Made by a program: the position numbers and the translations under genes | NCBI GenBank assembly: GCA_027485835.1 | Contig: JAIXQG010000001.1 | Span: 2,948 to 66,947 of the forward strand | Length of the DNA stretch: 64,000 nt | Direction: 5' to 3' | Origin: Alphaproteobacteria bacterium | Lineage (GTDB): Bacteria > Pseudomonadota > Alphaproteobacteria > UBA2136 > UBA6156 | Notes under the pieces: generated by a model | Told to the model about the DNA's origin: nothing | Database searches by the model: none | What the model saw: the letters and a program-made list of their open reading frames with translations, nothing else | Part shown: one piece after another, positions 51,294 to 61,146 of the stretch | Numbering within the stretch: position 1 is the stretch's first letter | Layout of the letters: every line of letters starts with the position of its first letter

Positions 51294-52268
51294 ATGTTCG
51301 GTAGCTGTGAATTACGTGCGTTTGAAAGTTTGAGCGAGAAGGAAGTTCTGGCCCTTGCGATTGGGGCTGAAGAGGAAGATGGCCGGATTTACCGCGACAT
51401 TGCCGAGCAATTGCGCGGTGAGTTTGCGGCGACTGCGGCTATTTTTGACCAAATGGCTGCGGAAGAAGATGGCCACCGGCGGGCATTATTGGATTTATTC
51501 CAGAAAAAGTTTGGAGCACACATACCGTTGGTACGCCGCGCGGATGTGAAGGGGTTTCGGAAAATTGACCCCGTGTGGCTGGTGCAGCCGCTGAATGTGC
51601 AGAAATTGTGGCGTTTGGCCGAGGATATGGAAGGACAGGCCAGCCGTTTTTACCTGCTGGCAGCACAGCGTAGCCAAGATGTGGCCGTGCGCAAGCTGTT
51701 GGGGGATTTGGCCGCCGCCGAGCAAAAGCATGAGCACAAAGCTGTGAGCTTGCAAAACACGGCGCTGACCGAAGATGCCAGGGGCGTGGAGAAGGCCGAA
51801 GCGCACAAGCAGTTTGTGCTGCAGATTGTTCAGCCGGGATTGGCTGGGTTGATGGATGGCAGTGTTTCGACGTTAGCCCCGTTGTTTGCGGCGGCGTTTG
51901 CGACCCAGAACAACCATGAGACATTGATGGTGGGTTTGGCGGCGAGTGTAGGGGCGGGGATTAGCATGGGCCTGACCGAAGCCTTTAGTGATGATGGTAA
52001 GATTAGCGGCCGTGGCAGCCCGTGGGTGCGGGGTACGGTGTGCGGGTTTATGACCATGATTGGTGGGATTGGGCACGCGTTGCCCTACCTGTTAAGCGAC
52101 TTCCATGCCGCGACGGCGTTGGCGGTGCTGGTGGTGTTGGTGGAGCTGGTGGCGATTGCGTGGATACGCTGGAAGTATATGGAGAGCCGGTTCTGGGTGG
52201 CGGTGATTCAGGTATTTATTGGCGGTTTGCTTGTGTTGGGGGCGGGGGTTTTGTTGGGGGCGGCTTAA
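51294..52268 (+). CDS. mbfA: MbfA-type iron exporter (ferritin-like/erythrin domain fused to a VIT1/CCC1 membrane domain)
   Basis: N-terminal di-iron E..H pairs (AEEEDGRIY, AAEEDGHRRAL, AAAEQKHEHK), then 5 TM helices with GLMDGSVSTLAPLFA. Confidence 0.85.
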   Translation: MFGSCELRAFESLSEKEVLALAIGAEEEDGRIYRDIAEQLRGEFAATAAIFDQMAAEEDGHRRALLDLFQKKFGAHIPLVRRADVKGFRKIDPVWLVQPLNVQKLWRLAEDMEGQASRFYLLAAQRSQDVAVRKLLGDLAAAEQKHEHKAVSLQNTALTEDARGVEKAEAHKQFVLQIVQPGLAGLMDGSVSTLAPLFAAAFATQNNHETLMVGLAASVGAGISMGLTEAFSDDGKISGRGSPWVRGTVCGFMTMIGGIGHALPYLLSDFHAATALAVLVVLVELVAIAWIRWKYMESRFWVAVIQVFIGGLLVLGAGVLLGAA

Positions 52269-52282
52269 GAATATCTGCAACT

Positions 52283-52309
52283 AAAAAAACCGCTAAATGC
52301 GGTTTTTTT
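52283..52309. terminator. bidirectional terminator
   Basis: A7-CCGC-TAAAT-GCGG-T7. Confidence 0.75.
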
Positions 52310-52316
52310 AGTTGTT

Positions 52317-53591
52317 TTAGCGGCTGGCCATTTGGCGGTTTTGCATGAAGGCGGCGTTCCAGGCCGTTTGGGCGTTGGAAACGTGGCGCTTGAACTCGGC
52401 CAGTTGCTTTTTGCTGAGGGGGCTGCCGGTGGGGAGGTCGGTCCGCATGGCATCGACGTGGGTGCCGTTCTTGATAACCTCGTAGTGCAGGTGCGGGCCG
52501 CTGGAGACGCCGGTGGAGCCGACAAACGCAATAACCTGACCCTGCTTGACGCGTGCGCCGACCTTGAGGCCCTTGGCAAAGCGCGAGAGGTGGGCGTAGG
52601 CGGTGCTATAAGTACCGTTGTGCTCGATCTTCACAAAGTTACCGTGGCCACCGTGTGGGCCGACGTAGACGACCTTACCGTCGCCACTGGCCTTGACCGG
52701 TGTGCCGGTGGGGGCTGCGAAGTCCGTCCCCTTGTGGGCGCGGGTAAAGCCCAGCACGGGGTGTTTGCGGTGGAGGTTGAAGTTACTGGAAATACGGGTG
52801 AACTCGAGCGGGGTGCGGAGCAGGAGCTTCTTCTTGCTTTCGCCTTTTTCGTTCAGGTATTCGCCACCATAGTAGTAGGCCGAGCGGGTTTCGCCGCCGA
52901 CCGTGAACTCGGCCGCCAGAATTTTACCGGTTTTGACGGTGACGCCTTTGTCGTTCACGGTCTTTTCGTAGAGCACCTTGAAGGTGTCGCCGGGGTGAAT
53001 ATCACGTGTATAATCAAGGTCCCACGCGAACAAGTTCATGAACTGCATGACTTGTGCGGGGGAGAGGCCGGCTTCGGTGGCGTCTTGATACAAGGAATCG
53101 TGAATTTCGCCGACGGCGGTGCCGTTCGACTCGACCAGCGGCTTGGCAACTGCTTTGGCCGTGGCTTGAGTGCCGTTGAGTTTCAGCGTCACTTCCTCTT
53201 CCGGTTTGGGGCGGTAGGTGAGGGAGGCGGTTTGAATTTGGTAGGGCGCGCTTTCGGTGTAAGTCAGCTTCATCTCGGTTTTGTGCGTGATGGGCTTGGT
53301 GACCGAAGGCGTGCTGATGGTCATCGCGGTGATTTGCTCCGGCGAAAAACCAGCCTTTTTCAGCGTGGAAGCGAGGGTGTCGCCGCGCTTCATGACAATA
53401 GTGCGTTGGATTTCCAGCTGCGGCAGCGTTTGCGCGCTGTTAGCCGCTTTGGCGTCGGATGGGATGCGCAGGGTGGCGATGGCTTGCTCGGTGCTGGCCA
53501 GATTCACTGCCAGATAGCCTGAACAAATAAGACCACCTATCGCGAGGGTACGGCGTAAAGCCAAGTTTTTCTCCTTACTTCCGGTATCCAA
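52317..53591 (-). CDS. M23 family metallopeptidase (LytM domain)
   Basis: HKGTDFAAPTGTPV and GSTGVSSGPHLHYEV. N-terminal membrane anchor. Confidence 0.92.
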   Translation of the reverse strand: MDTGSKEKNLALRRTLAIGGLICSGYLAVNLASTEQAIATLRIPSDAKAANSAQTLPQLEIQRTIVMKRGDTLASTLKKAGFSPEQITAMTISTPSVTKPITHKTEMKLTYTESAPYQIQTASLTYRPKPEEEVTLKLNGTQATAKAVAKPLVESNGTAVGEIHDSLYQDATEAGLSPAQVMQFMNLFAWDLDYTRDIHPGDTFKVLYEKTVNDKGVTVKTGKILAAEFTVGGETRSAYYYGGEYLNEKGESKKKLLLRTPLEFTRISSNFNLHRKHPVLGFTRAHKGTDFAAPTGTPVKASGDGKVVYVGPHGGHGNFVKIEHNGTYSTAYAHLSRFAKGLKVGARVKQGQVIAFVGSTGVSSGPHLHYEVIKNGTHVDAMRTDLPTGSPLSKKQLAEFKRHVSNAQTAWNAAFMQNRQMASR

Positions 53592-53981
53592 CCCGCCTTG
53601 TTCTTCTTATCAGGGCAGGAGCCGTTGGGAGATTTTGCTCCCCCACAAGGCGCACATATGCCTGAGTGGGGAGGGGGGTGTCAACCCTTACGCCGCTTGG
53701 TTTTCGTCATACATTCAAGGGGGTGTGCTTTTTGGGTGCAGGCCTATTTTATACTATTCAATGTGTTAAGCGGAGCGAAATGTGACCGTTTTGACAAGGG
53801 GTGGTGGTGTTTCACGCATTAGGGGTTGAGGTGGGTGCGTTAGTACACTATATAATAGGGGAGGAATTTTTTAGACCGTTTCACTATACAGCCACGAAGG
53901 CTGTGAATGTGCGGTTTGACTATTCCGTTTCACTGGCCCTGTTGGGCTTTGATTTAGAAATGCATGACACGGGGATTGGTC

Positions 53982-54413
53982 ATGACAGTTGCAGTGCATA
54001 AGAAAAAGGAAGAGAGCGAGGTCATCGCTCTTCTGGAATTCGTTAAGCGGGGTCCGTTTAGTGAAAAGGAGCTTTCTGAGTTTTATTGCGGCCTCAGGAA
54101 GAGAAGTTGCTCCAAAATCGAACTGATCGTGATCGACCATATCGCGGCGTTTTGCCGTGCTCCTATCAGGGGAAAGGAGCGGAAGCCGTTCACGCGCGAC
54201 GAGATCGAGCGCGACTTTCCTTATATGGATGGCGTGCGGCGTGCGATTCCTCACCCGGAAAGGCTTGATCTCGTATCTGATGATGTCTTTCGTTCGTTGG
54301 CGCTGATCGGCGCCATTATGGACGAGTGCGGGCATCAGATGAGCGGCGAGGAGAATGTCGAGTGCATTCTCGCCTGCAGGAAGCTTATGTTTCCACTACC
54401 GAAGGCGGTGTAA
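53982..54413 (+). CDS. hypothetical protein
   Basis: ORF in a lower-GC stretch, followed by a good terminator. No motif recognised. The track ORF starts at 53964. Confidence 0.45.
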   Translation: MTVAVHKKKEESEVIALLEFVKRGPFSEKELSEFYCGLRKRSCSKIELIVIDHIAAFCRAPIRGKERKPFTRDEIERDFPYMDGVRRAIPHPERLDLVSDDVFRSLALIGAIMDECGHQMSGEENVECILACRKLMFPLPKAV

Positions 54414-54445
54414 AAGCTGCCTTTGGACTAGCGAAATACGGTGTG

Positions 54446-54478
54446 GACCGGCTCTTTTTGAGCCGGTCTTCGTTTTTT
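54446..54478 (+). terminator. Rho-independent terminator
   Basis: GACCGGCTC-TTTTT-GAGCCGGTC, then TTCGTTTTTT. Confidence 0.7.
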
Positions 54479-54556
54479 CTGAAAATAGATTTTGAGTGTT
54501 TTCAGTGGGGTTCCAAGAAAAATGGGGTTTGATGCGTTTTTTCTTGAAACGAGGTG

Positions 54557-54585
54557 TTGACAGGTCGTGGGGGTCGGGCTATACC
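54557..54585 (+). promoter_or_regulatory. putative 16S rRNA promoter
   Basis: TTGACA (54557-54562), exactly 17 nt, TATACC (54580-54585), about 415 nt upstream of the mature 16S 5' end. Confidence 0.6.
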
Positions 54586-54672
54586 CCCGTTCGTCAGCGA
54601 CGGTGAGCCGAGAAAAAGGAAACCGGAAGCGAAGGAAACTCTAGGGAATCCGAGCCACACAGCCTGACGAAG

Positions 54673-54772
54673 TTCTGTGAAAACCGAATAGGCAAGATAC
54701 AAGCAAATCTTCTGAATTCACGCAAGTGAGTTTGATAAGAAGGTTTGTACAAGACAGAACAGTTAACGAGGT
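54673..54772 (+). other. 16S leader half of the long-range processing (RNase III-type) stem
   Basis: Segments 54673-54703 and 54753-54772 are complementary to trailer segments 56532-56560 and 56508-56527 in nested order. The second pair matches 19 of 20. Confidence 0.75.
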
Positions 54773-54998
54773 TCACGTAAGTATCGACATCAGACTCTAA
54801 CCGGTCGGCCGATATAAATTTGAACTTCATTATTAACTGTGAAGGTTCGTTAATTTATGTGAGCTTCGGCTCACAATGAGAAATAACGTAATCTACGCAA
54901 ATGAATTCAGTGCATCTCCTTGTGCCCATTCCGGCACTATTATAGGAGAGCAAAGCCTTGTATCGGACCGGCTTGGATACTTCCTCGGAAGTACACAT

Positions 54999-56491
<1,493 letters not shown>

Positions 56492-56507
56492 TAAGGATGC
56501 TTGGTGG

Positions 56508-56560
56508 ACCTCGTTAAATGTTCTGTCGACACTGTATCTTGCCTATTGGTTCTTTCAGAA
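56508..56560 (+). other. 16S trailer half of the processing stem
   Basis: Complementary to leader 54673-54772 (see the leader feature). Confidence 0.75.
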
Positions 56561-56564
56561 TTTA

Positions 56565-56588
56565 ACCCACCGCAAGGTGGGTTTTTTT
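56565..56588 (+). terminator. Rho-independent terminator immediately after the 16S trailer
   Basis: ACCCACC-GCAA-GGTGGGT followed by T7. Confidence 0.8.
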
Positions 56589-56654
56589 GATTGTTTATGG
56601 TTTATATTCAGTTTATTATCAGCACGAATTGAAATTTCACTTTATGTGTTTGAG

Positions 56655-56876
56655 ATGCCTGCCCTTCGGGGAGGTGCAAGCAGGTGCGGATAGCATCGGG
56701 GGTGTCACACCGTGAAATGGGTTAAGTCCCTCTACGGTTATGTTCCTTGTCTTCGGCGTGCGGGACTTCGTCCCGTGAAGGACCACACAGTTAGGCTGGT
56801 GGGCGGAAGACACTGTGTCGATCATGGTCGGCCTGTTTGGGAAAAGCCCGGTACCTTTTGGTGCCGGGCTTTTTTT
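56655..56876 (+). ncRNA. candidate structured small RNA (family not identified)
   Basis: Non-coding stretch with several GC stems, three of them UUCG-capped (CCTTCGGGG, GTCTTCGGC, GGGACTTCGTCCC), and a 7-bp stem ACACAGT/ACTGTGT. It ends in a strong terminator, AGCCCGGTACC-TTTT-GGTGCCGGGCT followed by T7. The 5' end and strand are uncertain. Confidence 0.3.
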
Positions 56877-56898
56877 GTTATTAAATTACAATAAATTA

Positions 56899-57648
56899 TT
56901 ACTTATCGTTAGGAGATATAAAGAACATAAACGGTTCTTCTAAAAATTGATTGGTAGCTTGTTTACTGATGACAGTTTCATTCACAGTAACATTTTGAAA
57001 TGTGGCGCGGGTCAAACATGAGAGTATAAGATTTACATAGTGTATGTAATTCCCAGTGATATTCATTAATTCGTCATGACATAGGCGCAGAGCATCCATG
57101 ATTTCCCTAGAGGTTTTGGCATTTGGATTAATTTTCAAAACTAACGGCTGATAGGCTGCAAATGAAGATATTCCATTAAACTTATTAACAGCTTCCGTAG
57201 GGTGAATGAAAATTGACGTCTCAATCTCGTCGAGTGGTTTAAAATGAAGCCTATGTGGATAGTGATATGCTAAGTTAGATCTTATAAAATGTATTAAAGA
57301 ATCTTTTTCAGTGAATTTTTTTATGGAATCTCTCTTTGTTTCTAATTCTTTTTCTTTATTGAAAAGACGAGCTGACTTGAAAATTATGTTTTTTATATTT
57401 TCGCTTCTAAGTCTATTGTCGGCCTCGTGAATTTTACTGGCTAATAATGTCATTAGCATGTGGGTTAAACCTACAAGGGTAGCAATTTCTTCGCATTCTT
57501 CTTTTTGTGGATTCATAGATTTTATTAATAGCTTAGAAAGCCAGTTGATTTCATTAAGTATATGGCCAACAAGGAGAAATGTTTCGTAGTATTCGTGATT
57601 TAATTTTTCATAGTTATCTAGTGAAAAACTATATTTCTTAATATCCAT
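56899..57648 (-). CDS. AT-rich orphan protein (249 aa), unknown function
   Basis: Clean 750-nt ORF with G+C far below that of its neighbours (spot counts 22-40% per 60 nt). Predicted all-helical and soluble. No motif recognised. Confidence 0.7.
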   Translation of the reverse strand: MDIKKYSFSLDNYEKLNHEYYETFLLVGHILNEINWLSKLLIKSMNPQKEECEEIATLVGLTHMLMTLLASKIHEADNRLRSENIKNIIFKSARLFNKEKELETKRDSIKKFTEKDSLIHFIRSNLAYHYPHRLHFKPLDEIETSIFIHPTEAVNKFNGISSFAAYQPLVLKINPNAKTSREIMDALRLCHDELMNITGNYIHYVNLILSCLTRATFQNVTVNETVISKQATNQFLEEPFMFFISPNDK

Positions 57649-57652
57649 TTTA

Positions 57653-58531
57653 CTACTTTTTATAATTAGGACGGAGGAGGGTGTGGGTTATGAGCGGGAA
57701 GGTGAGGGCGAGGGTGGTGGCTTCGGTGGTTTCGGAGAGAATCAGGATGGCGAAGAGGGTAGTGAGGAGCCAGGCGAGTTGCTGCGGGGCTGTCCACCAG
57801 CGCCAGTGGTAGACCGCTTGCGTGAGGACGATGGCGAGCAGCGCGAGGGCGGCAAAGCCTTCAGGACCGTTTAGGAGTGAGTGGAGCGTGGATTCTGCGA
57901 CAACCTCCCACCAGTGGGCGGAAAGTGCGTTGTAAAGCCCGATGGTGAGGGCTGTACCTGCCACGGCGACCGCGATGGCGCGCTTGGGCCAGACGGCGAA
58001 CAGCGTGATGCCGGAGAGGGCGGGCAGAAGGGTGAGGACCGGGTGGATGAGTGTTGTGGCGGAGAGGAGGACGATGCGGGCGGCGAGCTCGAGATTGGCG
58101 ACGCGGTGTTGGGAGAGAAGCATGAGCAGCGTGAGGATGAACAGTCCGGCGGCGGGGTAAGGTGTGGAGAAGCTGGAGGCGGCCGGCCACATGATGAGGC
58201 TGGTGAAGGTTGCGAGCAGGAAGCGGTTGACCTGCACCCACGGCATGTTGCTGGCGCGGAGAACGTAGGTGCTGAAGCAGAGGGTGAGGAGGAGCGCGAA
58301 ATTGGGATAGTCGGCCGGTTGGGTGGCGCTGATAGCGAGCACCAGTGCGGTGAAGGGCCATGCGGTGGTGAGCGCTTTGGGGGCCTCGGGCTGGACTATC
58401 AGGCGTAGTGCGATGGCTTGGACCAAGAGCATGACGCCGAGGGCGAAGAGGCTGGAGGTGCTCTCGAGCGCCACCGGAAGAGACGTGAGGAAAGCGGCGG
58501 CGAGGAGGAGGGTGTAGGCGTTCTTTTGCAT
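57653..58531 (-). CDS. polytopic inner-membrane protein, unknown function
   Basis: About 9 hydrophobic helices and GC-rich. The ATG at 58531 gives MQKNAYTLLLAAAF. The track ORF extends to 58600. Confidence 0.7.
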   Translation of the reverse strand: MQKNAYTLLLAAAFLTSLPVALESTSSLFALGVMLLVQAIALRLIVQPEAPKALTTAWPFTALVLAISATQPADYPNFALLLTLCFSTYVLRASNMPWVQVNRFLLATFTSLIMWPAASSFSTPYPAAGLFILTLLMLLSQHRVANLELAARIVLLSATTLIHPVLTLLPALSGITLFAVWPKRAIAVAVAGTALTIGLYNALSAHWWEVVAESTLHSLLNGPEGFAALALLAIVLTQAVYHWRWWTAPQQLAWLLTTLFAILILSETTEATTLALTFPLITHTLLRPNYKK

Positions 58532-58714
58532 AATGTATTCTAGCAGGTTTTGGCGGAAATGTGCGGGTTTGCTGGCGTATTCTGGTTGTTTGCAAGGCAT
58601 TTGGTTAAGCTATTGAAATGTCGTTTTGCGGGAACTGCGTTGTCCGGTTTCGGTTGATTGATGAGACCTGCTTTGCTGATATGTGCGGGCAGAAACAACG
58701 AAGGAGGACTGCCA

Positions 58715-59020
58715 ATGCCACTACTTGTAAGCCCGATTGACGGCCAAACGCCGATGCAACAGATCAAGCGTGATGGAATTGAAATCGACCGTTGCCCCGT
58801 AAGCGGCGGCGTATGGCTGGACCGGGGGGAACTGGAAAAGCTGCTGCAAGCCGTGCAAAGCGCGGCGGCGGAAGAGCGCTCGCATTACGCCGAGTACCGT
58901 CAGGCCGTGCCGCAGAAGCCGATGCACCATGGCTACCGCGATGATGATTACGAGGATTATCATCACAAGAAATATGGCCGGAAGAGCAAGATGAAGACTA
59001 TCTTCGACTTGTTTGACTAA
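58715..59020 (+). CDS. zf-TFIIB-like domain protein lacking three of the four zinc ligands
   Basis: The ATG at 58715 follows AAGGAGGA. IEIDRCPVSGGVWLDRGELEKLL matches the family core C..C.GvWlD.gEl.kl. The tail ...KSKMKTIFDLFD is also typical of the family. Confidence 0.7.
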   Translation: MPLLVSPIDGQTPMQQIKRDGIEIDRCPVSGGVWLDRGELEKLLQAVQSAAAEERSHYAEYRQAVPQKPMHHGYRDDDYEDYHHKKYGRKSKMKTIFDLFD

Positions 59021-59034
59021 TCGACTGGTTAAGC

Positions 59035-59060
59035 AAAAGGGCCCGTGAAGGGCCTCTTTT
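59035..59060. terminator. bidirectional terminator hairpin
   Basis: AGGGCCC-GTGAA-GGGCCT with flanking A-run and T-run, between convergent genes. Confidence 0.6.
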
Positions 59061-60030
59061 ACATGCTGTGGATGACGTAGCCGATATAGACCGCGTAGGC
59101 GATGAGGAAGAGAATCGCCTCGGCCCGTTTGAACTTGCGCATGGAGGGGTGGGTGAAGACCATAAAAGCTATAGACGCCCCGGCCAGCACAAAGAAGCTG
59201 GTGAGAATGGTGCCGCCCCAGACCAGTTTGATAGGGCTGAATGCCAGAATAAGGCCGCAGATACCCAGTAGGTTGAAAATGGTGTTACCGACCAGATTGT
59301 TGAGGAGTTGGGTGTGCTGTTTTTCGCGGTGGGCGTGCAGCGACGACAAGAGTTGCGGCAGTGCGGTACCGACGGCGAGCACGGTGAGGCCTAGGAACGG
59401 TGCGGAGAGTTCGCGCGTCATGGTGAGTTGCTGCGTGACATCTACCAGCAGATTAGCGCCCAGAATGAGGCCCAGCAGGCCGCCGAAAAACAGGCAGATG
59501 TGCAGGACCGGTGGGAGTTTGCGAGTTTCTTTCAGTAACGGCAGGGAGACGGGCTGCTTGTGCTCCATCCAGTTGGCAAAGCCGATATAGACGGCGAGGC
59601 TTGCCAACATCGCGGCGCCTAACCAGCGGGGGGCGACGCCAATGTTTTCTCCTGTATGCAGTGTAAACCACGTGAGTGCGCCGACAACACCGCAAGCGAT
59701 GAGAGCGAGGGGCAGGTTGCCGCGACGCCAGAGGCGGATATCCAGTTTAACTGCGCCGCCGCTAAGGCCGACCGCGCCCATGGTGGCGAAGATGTTGAAA
59801 ATGCTGGCGCCGACTACGGTGGCCAAGGCCATGACCGGTGTTTCCGAGATGCTGGCCTGAATGGCTGTAAACAGCTGCGGTGTGCTGGTGCCGAAGGCGA
59901 TAATAACTAAACCGATAAGGAACGTGGGCAAGCGGGTAAGCTGGGCCAAGCCCACCGTACCGCGCATAAGAGCGCCAGCACCGAGAGCGAGGAAGGTGAG
60001 ACCCCCCAGCAGAGTGAGAAACAGAAACAT
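59059..60030 (-). CDS. calcium/sodium:cation antiporter (CaCA/YrbG family)
   Basis: Two alpha-repeat motifs, GTSTPQLFTAIQAS and GTALPQLLSSLHA, and about 10 TM helices. ATG at 60030. Confidence 0.9.
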   Translation of the reverse strand: MFLFLTLLGGLTFLALGAGALMRGTVGLAQLTRLPTFLIGLVIIAFGTSTPQLFTAIQASISETPVMALATVVGASIFNIFATMGAVGLSGGAVKLDIRLWRRGNLPLALIACGVVGALTWFTLHTGENIGVAPRWLGAAMLASLAVYIGFANWMEHKQPVSLPLLKETRKLPPVLHICLFFGGLLGLILGANLLVDVTQQLTMTRELSAPFLGLTVLAVGTALPQLLSSLHAHREKQHTQLLNNLVGNTIFNLLGICGLILAFSPIKLVWGGTILTSFFVLAGASIAFMVFTHPSMRKFKRAEAILFLIAYAVYIGYVIHSM

Positions 60031-60192
60031 GGGCGGCACTGTAGGCGGATACCGCGCAAAGGGCAAGGCTGGAAGCGTGCCTTAAGGGTATGGCGCCTTA
60101 GAATTGAGGCTTATTAAATAAGCTTTGTAAGCCAGGCTAGGGGCGGTATTCCGAAAAACCAGAGGCTTGTCGGAATGCCGCCCTTCGGCCTG

Positions 60193-60933
60193 TTAGGCTG
60201 CCGTGTGTGTTTGGGTTGTTTGAGCTACCTGTTGAATGGGAGCTTGCTGCTGATAGGGATTCAGGTATTGCAGCAGCACACGTTCGGCGAGGGCGAAGTC
60301 GCCATCTACCAACGCGGCGTTGATGCGCATTTGGATCTGGATAGTCCGCATCACTTCATCCGGGTTACTAAACCGATTGATGCGTGCAGAGCCCTCTAGC
60401 GCCATAAGCGTTTGTAACAGCAGGTGGGTGAGCATGCTGCCGCTGAGGCGTGCCATTTGCAGGTGCCACTGGGCTTCGGTTTCGGCGTTTTCTTCTGCCA
60501 TGGCATGGCGGTTGAGCGTGTAGCGGTGCAGTTCTCCGCGCTGGGTGGGGCTTAGGCGGGCAAGGCGGCCCAGAGCATCGCGTTGAATTAGGCAGCGCAC
60601 GTGGGCGATATCCTGCAGGCTGTTGCGAAGGGCGGGGGCAGCCATGGCAAGATCGGCCAACAGTTGCGAAAGGTCGGGCGTGCGGACGAAGCTGCCGCGG
60701 CCGGGTGTGACATCCAACAACCCCGACGTACGCAACATTTGAATGGCCTCGCGCAGCGTCGTGCGGCTCACACCAAACTGGCGGCAGAGGGTCGACTCGG
60801 TCGGGAGTTGGTCTCCCGGTTTGAGTTGGCCACTGCTAATCAGACGACGAAGTTCCGTTGCAATGGCTGTGCTGCGGCGATGGCGCGGCGCGAGCGGGGA
60901 GAAGGACAGATCGTTCAATTGAGAACCTAACAT
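60193..60933 (-). CDS. GntR family (FadR/FCD subfamily) transcriptional regulator
   Basis: LKPGDQLPTESTLCRQFGVSRTTLREAIQMLRTSGLLDVTPGRGSFV plus a helical FCD C-terminal domain. Confidence 0.92.
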   Translation of the reverse strand: MLGSQLNDLSFSPLAPRHRRSTAIATELRRLISSGQLKPGDQLPTESTLCRQFGVSRTTLREAIQMLRTSGLLDVTPGRGSFVRTPDLSQLLADLAMAAPALRNSLQDIAHVRCLIQRDALGRLARLSPTQRGELHRYTLNRHAMAEENAETEAQWHLQMARLSGSMLTHLLLQTLMALEGSARINRFSNPDEVMRTIQIQMRINAALVDGDFALAERVLLQYLNPYQQQAPIQQVAQTTQTHTAA

Positions 60934-61146
60934 GATGTTAGTCTTTCGGTTGTTGTTATGTCGGGCAACTTTTGGTTTTTATTTGCCTGATACGATGAAT
61001 GATATGTTTGCAACCGATAGTTGTAAATAGAAAAAAATAAGCAACACGCAACCATATGTTGTAATATTGCTTAATCCTTCATCTGACACGAAAAAGGGAG
61101 GCTGAGCCTCCCTTTTGCGGATGTCCGACCATTGGCCGGTGGATGG

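Noticed and set aside
53876-53934. 10-nt direct repeat CCGTTTCACT occurring twice, 49 nt apart, upstream of the hypothetical gene at 53982
   Set aside because: A rough expectation for such short nearby repeats in 64 kb is on the order of a few by chance. There is no palindromic or operator-like structure.
56655-56876. Identification of the structured region as tmRNA, SRP RNA, 6S, RNase P RNA, 5S rRNA or a degraded spacer tRNA
   Set aside because: It has no tag-like reading frame, T-arm or CCA end. It lacks the SRP domain IV motif and the RNase P conserved blocks. No tRNA-Ile or tRNA-Ala remnant is visible. It stays an unassigned candidate.
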